A stretch of 64,000 nt of DNA, from NCBI GenBank assembly GCA_963843325.1, contig CAWJKC010000007.1, positions 89,601 to 153,600 on the forward strand, in the 5' to 3' direction. A model generated the notes under the pieces. The model worked only from the letters and a program-made list of their open reading frames with translations, did not search any database and was not told where the DNA came from. This DNA comes from an uncultured Acidobacteriota bacterium. Lineage in GTDB: Bacteria > Acidobacteriota > Thermoanaerobaculia > UBA5066 > Gp7-AA6. Both the position numbers and the translations under genes were made by a program. Below are positions 1 through 9,142 of this stretch, in pieces. The stretch's first letter is position 1, and each line of letters begins with the position of its first letter.

Positions 1-212
1 AGGTCCTTGATGTACAGCGAGCGATCGCGCGCCCAGTCGCGGGGCTGGCCGGCCGGGCCGGTGACGACCTCGTAGTAAGCCTTGATCATCCCGTCGATCG
101 TCGCGACGTCTTCGGGCCGGGGCGCCACCGTGGCGACGGGAACGTGCGTCTGCGCGATCGCCGCAGAAACCGTCGAAAAGAAGAGTGCTGCCGCCATCAT
201 CCTGATCTTCAT
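1..212 (-). CDS. hypothetical secreted protein, N-terminal part only (gene runs off the window edge)
   Basis: Reverse-strand ATG at 212-210, with AGGAG about 7 nt upstream. My translation is MKIRMMAAALFFSTVSAAIAQTHVPVATVAPRPEDVATIDGMIKAYYEVVTGPAGQPRDWARDRSLYIKD, which has a signal-peptide-like N-terminus. It is absent from the ORF track because the window edge truncates it. Confidence 0.5.
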   Translation of the reverse strand, partial: MKIRMMAAALFFSTVSAAIAQTHVPVATVAPRPEDVATIDGMIKAYYEVVTGPAGQPRDWARDRSLYIKD

Positions 213-220
213 GTAACTCC

Positions 221-250
221 TGCTTACTGCTTCGACTGCTTACTGCTTAC
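221..250 (-). repeat. heptamer array GTAAGCA (3 perfect units plus one 9-nt variant GTCGAAGCA) in a 42-nt intergenic spacer
   Basis: The plus strand reads tgcttac tgcttcgac tgcttac tgcttac. The array lies between the Memo-like stop (255-257) and the next gene's ATG (212). It is AT-richer than its surroundings. Confidence 0.7.
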
Positions 251-254
251 CGCT

Positions 255-1062
255 TCAATCCACGATCACTCCCGCGTATCCAACCACACTCGACGTATCG
301 CCGGTCTCGTCGCCGCTGTCGCGCCGCGCCACGACGCGGGCAGCAGTCCTGCCGGCGGCGCGCGCCGCGAAGAGCAGCGCGGTGGCCGGGAGGAACCCGC
401 ACATCGAAATGGACTCCGCCAGAACGGTCCGAAAGAGCCCCTCCGGATCGATCGAGCCGATCCGCGCGAGCGCCAGGTCGTCCTTGCGCCGTCCCTCCTC
501 GCGGCTCTCGTAGTGGTTCATGTCGGACGACGCGATGAGCAGCGGGGGATCGGCCTCTTCGGCGGCGATGGCGGCGAGCGCGTCGCCCACCTCGCGGCAG
601 AGCGCCAGCCGCGGCGCGCCGAGACAGATCGGCACGATGGCGACGTCGGGCCGCAGGACCTGCAGGAAGGGCAGCTGCACCTCGAGCGAGTGCTCCCGCG
701 CGTGCGCCGCGCGGTCCGGTTCGAGCGACGGGATGAGCGCGGCCAGGCGGTCGGCCAGGCGGCGGTCCACGGGCACGTCGCCCAGGGGAGTGCGCCAGGC
801 GTCCGAGGGGTCGAGGGCGGCGGCGGCGCCGAGGCCCGTGTGGTTGGGGCAGAGGACGACGCAGGTCGGGGGAATGCGGATCTGCGCGTAGACCGTGCCC
901 GGCCACCGGGCCGGAGTAGACGTAGCCCGCGTGCGGCACGATGGCGCCGAACGCGGGGCGGGGCGCCGATGCGGGAAGCAGGTGCGCGCGGACGTCCCTC
1001 TCCAGGCGATCCGGGCGCGCTTCGTAGAACGCGCCGGCGACGGCGGGCGGACGGACGCTCAC
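255..1062 (-). CDS. MEMO1 / AmmeMemoRadiSam system protein B family protein (frameshifted near 895 in this assembly)
   Basis: ORF 247..1062 gives the N-terminal half (PAVAGAFYEARPDRLERDV...AIVPHAGYVYSGPVAG). ORF 255..776 gives the C-terminal half (EHSLEVQLPFLQVL, SSDMNHYES, MCGFLPATALL). Extending the second frame upstream gives VYAQIRIPPTCVVLCPNHTGLG, so the halves join with a 1-nt shift around 895. Confidence 0.75.
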
Positions 1063-1069
1063 GCGCGCG

Positions 1070-1921
1070 CTAGTTCACCAGCAGCGTCGCCTCCGCCACC
1101 TGGCCCGCGAGCTCGGCGCGGATCTTCGTGGCGCCGGTCGTGCGGCCCTCGGCCACGCCGGCCGAATCCACGGTGGCGACGGCAGGGTTGGAGGAGGAGA
1201 AGACGGCCGCGGCCTCGGGAATCAGGGCGCCGTCCGGCCCGTACGCCTTGACGTCGAAGTGCTGGTTCTCCCCGACGTGCGACAGCGCCGTGGCGGGGTG
1301 GATCTCGATCCGGGCGATGGGGCGCAGGATGACGGTCACGTCGGATCCGCCCTGGATGTCGCCGATCCGCGCCACGATCGTCGTGGTGCCCGGGGCCACG
1401 GACGTGACGACGCCGTCCGCGACGGTGGCGATCTTCGGGTTGGCCGAGCTCCACTCGGGCTTGAGCGCGACGGTTTTCTGCTTGGAGTCCTTGACCGTCC
1501 AGGAGACCGGGATGGCCGTTCCGGCGGGGCCCGTCAGGGCGAGCGAGACGGGGCTGATCTCGATCGTGGCGACGTCCACGACCTCGACCGGGATCTGCGC
1601 CGAGACGCCCTGGTACTCGGCGGTCACCATCGCTTTGCCGGGCTTCTTGGCGACGATGCGGCCGCCGGGCTCGGCGGTCACGTTCGCGTTGGACGCGCTC
1701 CAGGTGGCGGTGGCCTGCTCGAAGGCTTTTCCGTTCTTGTCGAACACCTGCGCCGAGAGACGCTGCGAGCGATCGATGCCGTAGATCTTGACGTCTTTCG
1801 AACGCGGGCCCTTGCCGGCCGTCTCGACTTTGATCTGGATGGAAGCCGGCTTGCGCGAGCAGGCGGCCGCGACCGCGAGGACGGCGCCGAGCACGAGAAC
1901 CATGGCGCGACGTGAACGCAT
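1070..1921 (-). CDS. lipoprotein with three bacterial Ig-like (Big_2-type) domains
   Basis: 283-aa ORF with a lipobox-like signal (LAVAAAC). It has three tandem segments of about 85 aa, each with a WSxSNxxxATV...G.A.I.A pattern (for example SSSNPAVATVDSAGVAEGRTTGATKIRAE). Confidence 0.8.
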   Translation of the reverse strand: MRSRRAMVLVLGAVLAVAAACSRKPASIQIKVETAGKGPRSKDVKIYGIDRSQRLSAQVFDKNGKAFEQATATWSASNANVTAEPGGRIVAKKPGKAMVTAEYQGVSAQIPVEVVDVATIEISPVSLALTGPAGTAIPVSWTVKDSKQKTVALKPEWSSANPKIATVADGVVTSVAPGTTTIVARIGDIQGGSDVTVILRPIARIEIHPATALSHVGENQHFDVKAYGPDGALIPEAAAVFSSSNPAVATVDSAGVAEGRTTGATKIRAELAGQVAEATLLVN

Positions 1922-1975
1922 CCCTTTTACCTCCTGAGGGTTATCGCCTTTCAGGATAGCACCCCTCGGGGCGAT

Positions 1976-2704
1976 TCACATCCATCCGAGGATCCTCCGG
2001 GCCCGGCGCGCGACCCGATCCGGGTGGCGCACGGGATCGTAGATCCTCGGCGAGGGGATCACGGCCGCGAGCGTCGCCGCCTCTTCGCGGGAGAGCTCGC
2101 GCGCGGACTTGCCCATGTAGCGGCGCGCGGCCGCTTCCACGCCGAAGGTCCGCGGACCGAACTCGATGACGTTCAGGTAGAGCTCGAGGATGCGCTTCTT
2201 CGACAGGGTGCGCTCGAGGCGCCGGGCGATGAAGAGCTCGCGCAGCTTGCGCCACGGAGTCCGGGCGGGGGAGAGGTAGAGGTTCTTGGCGAGCTGCTGG
2301 GTGATCGTCGAGCCGCCGACCTTCAGCTTGCCCTTCTCCCAGTTCTTCTCGGCCGCGCCGCGCATCGCGTCCCAGTCCACGCCCTCGTGATCCCAGAAGC
2401 GCGCGTCCTCGGCGGCGACGACGGCCCTCTGCATCTGCGGGGCGATCTGCGAGAGCGCCACCGGCGTCCACTCGAGCTTCGTGCTCTTGCCGTCCTTCGC
2501 GAGCGCGGCCTTGCGGCGCTCCATGAAGGCGGTCGTCGCGGGCCAGGTCTTCGCGAGGGGGCGCACGTCGGGCAGCGTCGCCCAAAACAAAGCCGCGGCC
2601 ACGAGGGCCGCGGCAAGGGAGACGAGGAGGAGGCGCCGGATGACGAGACCCGGACTTGCCTTACTTCTTGGCGGCGGAGATCGCCCGGCGCAGCTTACGG
2701 ACAC
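1976..2704 (-). CDS. mtgA: monofunctional peptidoglycan glycosyltransferase (GT51)
   Basis: GT51 motifs are present: RFWDHEGVDW, GGSTITQQLAKNLYLSP, RILELYLNVIEFG. There is one N-terminal TM helix and no transpeptidase domain. The start is uncertain, because the ORF-track start overlaps the end of lat by 44 nt. Confidence 0.85.
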   Translation of the reverse strand: MSVSCAGRSPPPRSKASPGLVIRRLLLVSLAAALVAAALFWATLPDVRPLAKTWPATTAFMERRKAALAKDGKSTKLEWTPVALSQIAPQMQRAVVAAEDARFWDHEGVDWDAMRGAAEKNWEKGKLKVGGSTITQQLAKNLYLSPARTPWRKLRELFIARRLERTLSKKRILELYLNVIEFGPRTFGVEAAARRYMGKSARELSREEAATLAAVIPSPRIYDPVRHPDRVARRARRILGWM

Positions 2705-4004
2705 CTTCGTCGGCCTCGTCCTTCGACAGCACGAGGTGCGGCCGGAAGCGGATGGCGTTGGCGCCGGAGGCCAGGCCCATCATGCCGTTCTCGAGGCAGG
2801 CGGCGAGCGTGCGGTCGCGCGTTTCCTTGTCGGGCAGGTCGAACGCGATGAAGAGCCCGCGGCCGCGCACGTTCGTCATGACGCCGGGGAACTCCTCGGC
2901 CAGCTCCCGCAGGCGCGCCTGCAGGTGCTCGCCGACGACGCGCGCGTTCTCGATGAGCTTCTCTTCGTCGATGATCTCGAGGTACCGGGCGCAGCGGATC
3001 ATGTCCACGAGGTTGCCGCCCCAGGTCGAGTTGATGCGGGAGGAGACCTTGAAGACGTTGTCCGGGATGTCGTCGATGCGGTGGTTGGAGGCGAAGCCGC
3101 AGACCTGGGTCTTCTTGCCGAACGCGAACATGTCGGGCTCGACGCCCATCTGCTGCCAGCACCACATGGAGCCGGTCAGGCCGACGCCCGTCTGGACCTC
3201 GTCGAAGATCAGGAGGAACTCGAGCTCGTCGGCCAGCGCGCGCAGGCGCTGGAAGAGCTCGGGGCGGAAGTGGTTGTCGCCGCCCTCGCCCTGGATCGGC
3301 TCGAGGATGAGCGCCGCGATGTCGTCGGGATTGGCGGCGCAGGCGGCGCGGATCTCGCGCTCGACCTGCTCCTCGGCGGCGGCGACCTGCTGGACGACCG
3401 CCTCCGTCACGGGGAAGGAGAGGCTCGGGCAGGACAGGCGCGGCCAGTCGAACTTCGGGAAGTACTGGGTCTTGCGGGGGTCGGCGGTGTTCGTCATCGA
3501 GAGCGAGTAGCCGGAGCGGCCGTGGAAGGCGTTCTTGAAGTGCAGGATCTTGGTGCCCTTCTCGCCCTTGCCGCGCGCCAGGCTCTTGCGGATCTTCCAG
3601 TCGAAGGCCGTCTTCAGCGTGTTCTCGATCGCGAGCGTGCCGCCCTCGACGAAGAACATGTGGTCGTTGTGGGTCTTCGGCACGGCCAGCGTCGAGAACT
3701 TCTCGACGAAGCGGGCGAAGTGCTCCGTGTAGATGTCGCTCGTGGAGGGCTTGGTGAGGGCGGCTTCCATGAGCGCTTCCCGGAACTCCGGGTCGGCCAT
3801 CTTCGGGTGGTTGTAGCCGATCGGGAGGGTGGCGAAGCAGGAGAAGAAGTCGAGGATGGGCCGGTCGCTCCGGGCGTCGTACAGGTAGGAGCCCTTGCTT
3901 CGCTCCATGTCCATGACGACGTGGTACCCGTCCACGAGGATGTGGCGGGAGAGGACATCCAGGACGTTCTTGGGCGAAAGCTGTTCGCGGGTGACGGTCG
4001 ACAT
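2661..4004 (-). CDS. lat: L-lysine 6-transaminase (lysine epsilon-aminotransferase), PLP-dependent class III
   Basis: Intact 447-aa ORF. It is colinear from memory with mycobacterial LAT (FFVEGGxLAxENxLKxAFDWK, FHGRSGY, FDWPR, EPIQGEGGDxHFRPE, LIFDEVQTG, FGKKTQVCG, NSTWGGNL). GAGGGGGG SD lies 5 nt upstream of the ATG. Confidence 0.85.
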   Translation of the reverse strand: MSTVTREQLSPKNVLDVLSRHILVDGYHVVMDMERSKGSYLYDARSDRPILDFFSCFATLPIGYNHPKMADPEFREALMEAALTKPSTSDIYTEHFARFVEKFSTLAVPKTHNDHMFFVEGGTLAIENTLKTAFDWKIRKSLARGKGEKGTKILHFKNAFHGRSGYSLSMTNTADPRKTQYFPKFDWPRLSCPSLSFPVTEAVVQQVAAAEEQVEREIRAACAANPDDIAALILEPIQGEGGDNHFRPELFQRLRALADELEFLLIFDEVQTGVGLTGSMWCWQQMGVEPDMFAFGKKTQVCGFASNHRIDDIPDNVFKVSSRINSTWGGNLVDMIRCARYLEIIDEEKLIENARVVGEHLQARLRELAEEFPGVMTNVRGRGLFIAFDLPDKETRDRTLAACLENGMMGLASGANAIRFRPHLVLSKDEADEGVRKLRRAISAAKK

Positions 4005-4118
4005 GATGCCCCCCTCAAGGCGAAAAACGGGCGAAAAAACGGGCCGTGGAAGGTGAAAGCTAGCACTTCCGAAGGGGGGTTGGGAACCCCCTGCGGCGGA
4101 ACCCGGAGTCAGTCGGCG

Positions 4119-4139
4119 GTAAGCAGTAAGCAGTAAGCA
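4119..4139 (+). repeat. three perfect tandem GTAAGCA heptamers (same unit as at 221-250, opposite orientation relative to local transcription)
   Basis: The plus strand reads gtaagca gtaagca gtaagca followed by gttac. It lies in the 160-nt spacer between the diguanylate cyclase stop (4165) and the lat start (4004). Confidence 0.7.
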
Positions 4140-4164
4140 GTTACGAGGGTGCGGTGGGAAGCCG

Positions 4165-5317
4165 TCAGGAGGACAGCGCCGGGATTCGTGCGTCCTCGAG
4201 GCTGGCCGCCGTGCTGCGGTCCTTGCCGTGCTCCTTGGCCCGGTAGAGGGCGGTGTCGGCGGCGCGCAGCAGCTCGTTCTTCTGCTGCTCGACGGAGGCC
4301 CCCGGGGTGGCGTGGGTGCGGATCGACGACAGGCCGAGCGAGGCGGTGATCACGCCCTGGAGGTTCAGGGCCGGCTCGTTGAATCCGTAGGGCCGGAAGA
4401 GGAACGTCGCGGTCCGGATCGCCAGTGCGGATCGCCTCGCAGACCTCGAGGCCTTCCTGCAGGTTGTGGCCGGGCAGGATGAGGACGAACTCGTCGCCGC
4501 CGTAGCGGGTCAGCGTGGCGCGCTCGTCGGTCACCGTGCGGCGCAGCAGGTAGCCGACCTCGCGCAGGACCTGGCTGCCGGCGAGGTGGCCGTGGCGGTC
4601 GTTGACGGCTTTCAGGTTGTCGAGGTCGAGGAAGACGATGCAGCAGTCGCCGCCGTCGCGCGAGATGCGCGAGAGCTCCTGCGTCAGGCGCAGGTGGAGG
4701 TAGCGCTCGTTGTAGAGGCCGGTCAGTCCGTCGCGCTTGGCGACCTCGTAGGCGCGGCGCGCGTCGAGCAGGTTCTGGATCGAGATCGAGGCGTAGTCGG
4801 CGAAGATCTCGAGCAGGCGGCGGTCCTTCTCGCGGAAGCCGCCGGGCCCCGTCCGGTTGACGAGCTCGAGCACGCCGCACACCGACGACTCGATGCGCAC
4901 CGGCACGCAGAGCGCCGACTTCGTCTGGAAGCCGTCGGTCAGATCCAGTGTCGGGTAGAAGAACGGATCGTCCACCACGTCGTCCGTCATGTAGGCGACG
5001 CCGGTCGCGTAGACGTGGCCGACGATGCCGACCCGCGCGTTCATGCGCTTGCCGAGCCGCGCCTCGCCGTGCGCGCCGTAGGTCGCGATGAAGACGAGCT
5101 CGTTCTCGAGCCGGTCGTCCGAGTTCTTGGTCATCGGATCGTCGAGCAGGATCGAGCCGGCCTCGGACGGGACGAACTCGTTGGCCTTCTGGAGGATTTC
5201 GCGCAGGAAACGGTCGATCTCGATCTCGCCCGTGTAGGCGTAGTACGCCTTATGCCTCTCTAGGAAGTTCTCGAGTCTGCGATTTTCGAGAGTAAAAACC
5301 TGCAACGAAAGTCCCAA
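4165..5317 (-). CDS. GAF domain-containing diguanylate cyclase (GGDEF; frameshifted near 4425)
   Basis: ORF 4109..5317 has a GAF-like N-terminal part and the GGDEF core (RDGLTGLYNERY, LDLDNLKAVNDRHGH, RYGGDEFVLILPG). The domain end (ITASLGLSS...ADTALYRAKEHGKDR) is in ORF 4165..4353. The frames join via ATFLFRPYGFNEPALNLQGV around 4425. The start codon is TTG. Confidence 0.8.
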
Positions 5318-5377
5318 CCTCGAAAAAATTCTACCATCTGATAGCCTCGAAGGCCGTGGCCCCAGTCACGCGACGTC

Positions 5378-6226
5378 ATGCCGCCACAGCATGACAGGCG
5401 GTCCGGCCCGCGAAAGGCCGGCATTCCCGCCCGCAAGCGCTGGGGACAGAACTTCCTCGCCAACCCCGCCACGGCCGAGCGCATCGCCGACGCGGCGCGC
5501 ATCGCCGCCGACGACACGGTGCTCGAGATCGGGCCGGGCGAGGGGGCGCTCACGCGGCCGCTCGCCGCGCGCGCCCGGTGCGTCGTCGCCGTCGAGATCG
5601 ATCCGCTGCGCGCCGAGGCGCTCGCGGGCGAGTTCGGGCCCGAGGGCAACGTGCGCATCTTCCAGGGCGACGTTCTCGAGCGCCCCTTCGGCAAGTGGCT
5701 CGCCGGCGCGGGGCCGTCCGCCGGCGCCACCGCGCTGCTCGTCGCCAACCTGCCCTACAACGTCGCGACGCCGATCCTCGTCGCCGCCATCGAGGACCGC
5801 GCGACGATCCGGCGCTCGGTGGCGACCGTGCAGCGCGAGGTGGCGCGGCGGTTCGTCGCGCGGCCGGGCTCGGACGACTACGGATACCTCTCCGTGCGCT
5901 GCGCCGCGCACGCGACGGGCCGCATCCTCTTCGACCTGCCGCCCGGCGCCTTCCGGCCGCGGCCGAAAGTCATGTCGAGCGTGCTCGAGCTGACCCCCCA
6001 CGCCGAAGCCCTCGACGCGGACCTCGTCCGCCGCGCCCTGTGCCTCGCCTCGCTCGGCTTCAACGCCCGGCGCAAGACGCTCGCCAACGCGCTGTCTTCC
6101 GCCGCGCCCCGCGGGCAGTGGGAAAGCGGCCTCGCGACGCTGGGCAAGACGGCGATGGCGCGCGCCGAGGAGCTGTCGCTCGAGGATTTCCTCGCGCTCG
6201 CCCGCGACTGGCGGCCCCTCACGTGA
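5378..6226 (+). CDS. rsmA: 16S rRNA (adenine1518/1519-N6)-dimethyltransferase
   Basis: 282-aa ORF with KRWGQNFL, VLEIGPGEGALT and NLPYNVATPIL signatures of KsgA/RsmA. Confidence 0.9.
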   Translation: MPPQHDRRSGPRKAGIPARKRWGQNFLANPATAERIADAARIAADDTVLEIGPGEGALTRPLAARARCVVAVEIDPLRAEALAGEFGPEGNVRIFQGDVLERPFGKWLAGAGPSAGATALLVANLPYNVATPILVAAIEDRATIRRSVATVQREVARRFVARPGSDDYGYLSVRCAAHATGRILFDLPPGAFRPRPKVMSSVLELTPHAEALDADLVRRALCLASLGFNARRKTLANALSSAAPRGQWESGLATLGKTAMARAEELSLEDFLALARDWRPLT

Positions 6227-7839
6227 GCGGGGCGCCGCTCGAGGTCGTGCCGCTCGGCGGCGTGGGGGAGTTCGGGCGCAACGTTCTCTGGCTGCGCTGC
6301 GGCGCCTCGAGCATCCTCATCGACGTCGGCGTCTCCTTCCCCGACGAGAGCTTTCCCGGGATCGATCGCATCGCGCCGGACCTCTCGGTCCTGCGCGGCG
6401 AACGGATCGACGGCGTCTTCCTGACGCACGGCCACGAGGACCACGTCGGGGCGCTGTCGTTCCTGCGCGAGTGGTGCCCGGCGCCCGTGTACGGCTTTCC
6501 GTTCACGCTGGCGCTGGCGCGGCGGCGTCTGGAGGAAGCGCAGGCGCCGCTCGACCGGATGATCGAGGCGCGCGGGCGCGAGCCGATCGTCGCCGGGGCG
6601 TTCACGGTGACGTTCTTCCGCGTCTCCCACTCCGTGCCCGGCTCCGCGGCGGTGCTGGTCGAGGCGGGCGGACGGCGCCTCGTCCACTCCGGCGACTTCA
6701 AGCTGGACGACGACCCGCCCGACGGGGAGACGACCGACCGCGACGGGATCGCCGCCGCGGTCGGTGAGGGCGTCGACCTCGCGCTCGTGGACTCGACCAA
6801 CGCCGAGCGGCCCGGCCGCTCGCAGTCCGAGCGCGTGGCGGGCGAGGGTCTGCGCGCGGCGTTCCAGGGCGCCCGGGGGCGGATCATCCTGACGACGTTC
6901 TCGAGCCACGTCGCGCGCGTTTCGCAGGCCGCGGAGGCCGCGCTGGCGGGCGGCCGGCGCGTGGCCCTGCTCGGCCGCAGCATGCGCGCGGTGGCCGAGA
7001 TCGCCGAGCGCTTCGGGCGGCTGCGGCTGCCGGCCGGCTCGCGTCCGGCCGCCAATGACCTGCGGGCGATTCCGCCGGGGCGGCTGCTGTGCCTCACCTC
7101 CGGAAGCCAGGGGGAGCCGTTCTCCGCGCTCTACCGCCTCGCGCTCGGCGAGCACGCGGACCTGGAGCTGGCCGAGGGGGACGTCGTGCTGCTCTCGGCG
7201 CGCACGATCCCGGGCCACGAGCGCTCGGTCAACCGGATGAGCGACCACCTCGTGCGCCGCGGCGCGCGCGTCGTGCGCGAGACCGAGCCTCCGATCCACG
7301 TCTCGGGGCACGCCCACCGCGACGAGATCGCGGAGTGGATCCGGATGGTCCGTCCCCGCGCGGTCATGCCCGTGCACGGAGACCGGCGCATGCTCGCCGC
7401 GGCCGGCGAGATCGCGCTGGCCGAGGGCGTGGAGCGCGGCCGGGTGCACCTGCTCGACAACGGCGACCGGCTCACGCTCGGGCCCGACGGAGAGAACGTC
7501 GCGCCGAAGTCCGTGGCCTGCGGCGTCGTCTACCTGGACGGCCGGACGGAGACCGTGGGGCCCGAGATCGTGCGCGAGCGCCGCCACCTCGCCGAGGAGG
7601 GCGTCGTGGTCGTCCTCGTGCGGGGCGACGAGGTGGACGTGGTGTCCCGCGGCGTCGCGGCCGACGAAGAAGCGCTCGCGGGCGAGGTCGGACGGGCGAC
7701 CCGCGCGGTGCTCGCCCGCGCCAGCGACGAGGAGCGCGGCGACCCCGAGTGGCTGCGCGCCGAGATCGCGATCGCCGCCAAGCGCGCCTGCCGACGCGCC
7801 CTCGACCTGCGGCCGGTGATCGTGCCGGTGGTCGTCTGA
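6223..7839 (+). CDS. rnj: ribonuclease J (metallo-beta-lactamase / beta-CASP)
   Basis: GTG start at 6223 overlaps the rsmA stop (GTGA). Signatures are VVPLGGVGEFGRNVLWLRCG, FLTHGHEDHVGAL and HVSGHAHRDE. It sits within the long ORF 5578..7839. Confidence 0.9.
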   Translation: MSGAPLEVVPLGGVGEFGRNVLWLRCGASSILIDVGVSFPDESFPGIDRIAPDLSVLRGERIDGVFLTHGHEDHVGALSFLREWCPAPVYGFPFTLALARRRLEEAQAPLDRMIEARGREPIVAGAFTVTFFRVSHSVPGSAAVLVEAGGRRLVHSGDFKLDDDPPDGETTDRDGIAAAVGEGVDLALVDSTNAERPGRSQSERVAGEGLRAAFQGARGRIILTTFSSHVARVSQAAEAALAGGRRVALLGRSMRAVAEIAERFGRLRLPAGSRPAANDLRAIPPGRLLCLTSGSQGEPFSALYRLALGEHADLELAEGDVVLLSARTIPGHERSVNRMSDHLVRRGARVVRETEPPIHVSGHAHRDEIAEWIRMVRPRAVMPVHGDRRMLAAAGEIALAEGVERGRVHLLDNGDRLTLGPDGENVAPKSVACGVVYLDGRTETVGPEIVRERRHLAEEGVVVVLVRGDEVDVVSRGVAADEEALAGEVGRATRAVLARASDEERGDPEWLRAEIAIAAKRACRRALDLRPVIVPVVV

Positions 7840-7849
7840 CCCGAGCGCG

Positions 7850-9130
7850 ATGAAGCGGCTTCTGGCGGCTCTCGCGGTCGCCGTCGTGGCCCGCATGGCG
7901 TTCCACGCCGTGTTCCTGCCGGCCTTCGAGGGCCCGGACGAGCCGCATCACCTGGCGCGCGTGCTGGCGTTCGCGCGCGGGCCGATTACCGAAGGGTTCG
8001 CGGGACGGTCCGTCGGGCCCGAGGTCGTCGCGGCCGTCCGAGCCTATCCGTGCGCCCCGGCGCTCGCCACGGTCTACGGGTGCCCCGCGTTCGGGACCGT
8101 CCCGGGCGGCTTCGACCTGGTGCGGACACCCCCGGAGCCGGCCGCGGCCGGGCCGCTCGCCAATCCCGAGTCGAACCAGCCGCCGCTTTCGTACCTCGTC
8201 GCCGGCCTCGCATTGCGCCTGTCGCGGCCCGGAATCTCTCCTGCGGCCGCGCTGCTCGCCTGTCGCCTCCTCGCGGTCGCCTGTGTCGCCTTCGCGATCT
8301 TCGGCCCGCTCGCCCGATTGGCGCGCGCGCGGCCGCCGGCGCTCGCCGTGGCGGCCCTTCTCGCGCTGCTGCTGCCGGGAGCGTCGGAATCGCTGGCGCG
8401 CTGTTCGAACGATGCCGCGGTCTTCCTTTGGGCCGCTCTCGTGCTCGCGATGCTCGACGCCGATCCGCCGCCGTGGTGGGCCGTGCTGCTGATCGCCGTG
8501 GGACCGCTGCTCAAGCTCACGGCGATCCCGATCGTGGTGTTCGCGACCGTTGCGTTGTTCGCACGCGGGCGCAGGGCAACGGCGGCCGCGTCCGCGGCGT
8601 GCGCGCTGGTCGTCTTTCCGGTGCAGCTGGCGCGGGGCTGGATGTGGGGCGGCACGATCGAGCTCAATCACGCGACGGCCACGATCGCCGAGCCCGTGCC
8701 ACAGGCCCTGGCCGGCTTCCTGCGCTCCGCCTACGCCTTCGTGAAGACGACGTTCTGGGTCGGAGGGTGGAGCTTCCTGCGGCCGCCGCTGCCACTGGCG
8801 CTCCTGTACCTGGCGCTGCTCGCCGCGGCTGCCATCGCCTGGCGGCCGAAGCCGCATCCGGCGCGCGTGGCCGCGCACGCGGCGGGGCTCGCCTGCGCCG
8901 CCGTCGGGTTCTGTGTCTTCGCGCTGGCGAACCGGCGCTACTACGGGGTGTGGGGCGGCGTCGCGGGTTGGTATCTCTGGGGCTGGAGCCCGTGGCTCGC
9001 GGCGGCGGCCGACGATCTCGGATCGATCGGGACGCGCGCGGCGAAACCGCTGCTCTTCGCCGAGGCCGCGTTCGTGGTCGCCGCGAACGCGGTGTGGCTG
9101 TCCGCACACGGCCGTCTCTACGGCTGGTGA
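7850..9130 (+). CDS. polytopic integral membrane protein, possible GT-C-type glycosyltransferase
   Basis: 426-aa ORF with more than 10 hydrophobic segments. An acidic first loop (EGPDEPHH) resembles the DE loop of ArnT/PMT-like enzymes. That family assignment is inference only. Confidence 0.6.
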   Translation: MKRLLAALAVAVVARMAFHAVFLPAFEGPDEPHHLARVLAFARGPITEGFAGRSVGPEVVAAVRAYPCAPALATVYGCPAFGTVPGGFDLVRTPPEPAAAGPLANPESNQPPLSYLVAGLALRLSRPGISPAAALLACRLLAVACVAFAIFGPLARLARARPPALAVAALLALLLPGASESLARCSNDAAVFLWAALVLAMLDADPPPWWAVLLIAVGPLLKLTAIPIVVFATVALFARGRRATAAASAACALVVFPVQLARGWMWGGTIELNHATATIAEPVPQALAGFLRSAYAFVKTTFWVGGWSFLRPPLPLALLYLALLAAAAIAWRPKPHPARVAAHAAGLACAAVGFCVFALANRRYYGVWGGVAGWYLWGWSPWLAAAADDLGSIGTRAAKPLLFAEAAFVVAANAVWLSAHGRLYGW

Positions 9131-9142
9131 TACCGTAGCCCC

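Noticed and set aside
221-4139. Heptamer arrays as a CRISPR array or CRISPR remnant.
   Set aside because: The units are 7 nt long and directly tandem with no spacers. No cas genes are present in the window.
4005-4164. A lysine riboswitch upstream of lat.
   Set aside because: I could not find the conserved L-box features. The spacer is too short and is dominated by simple hairpins and U tracts.
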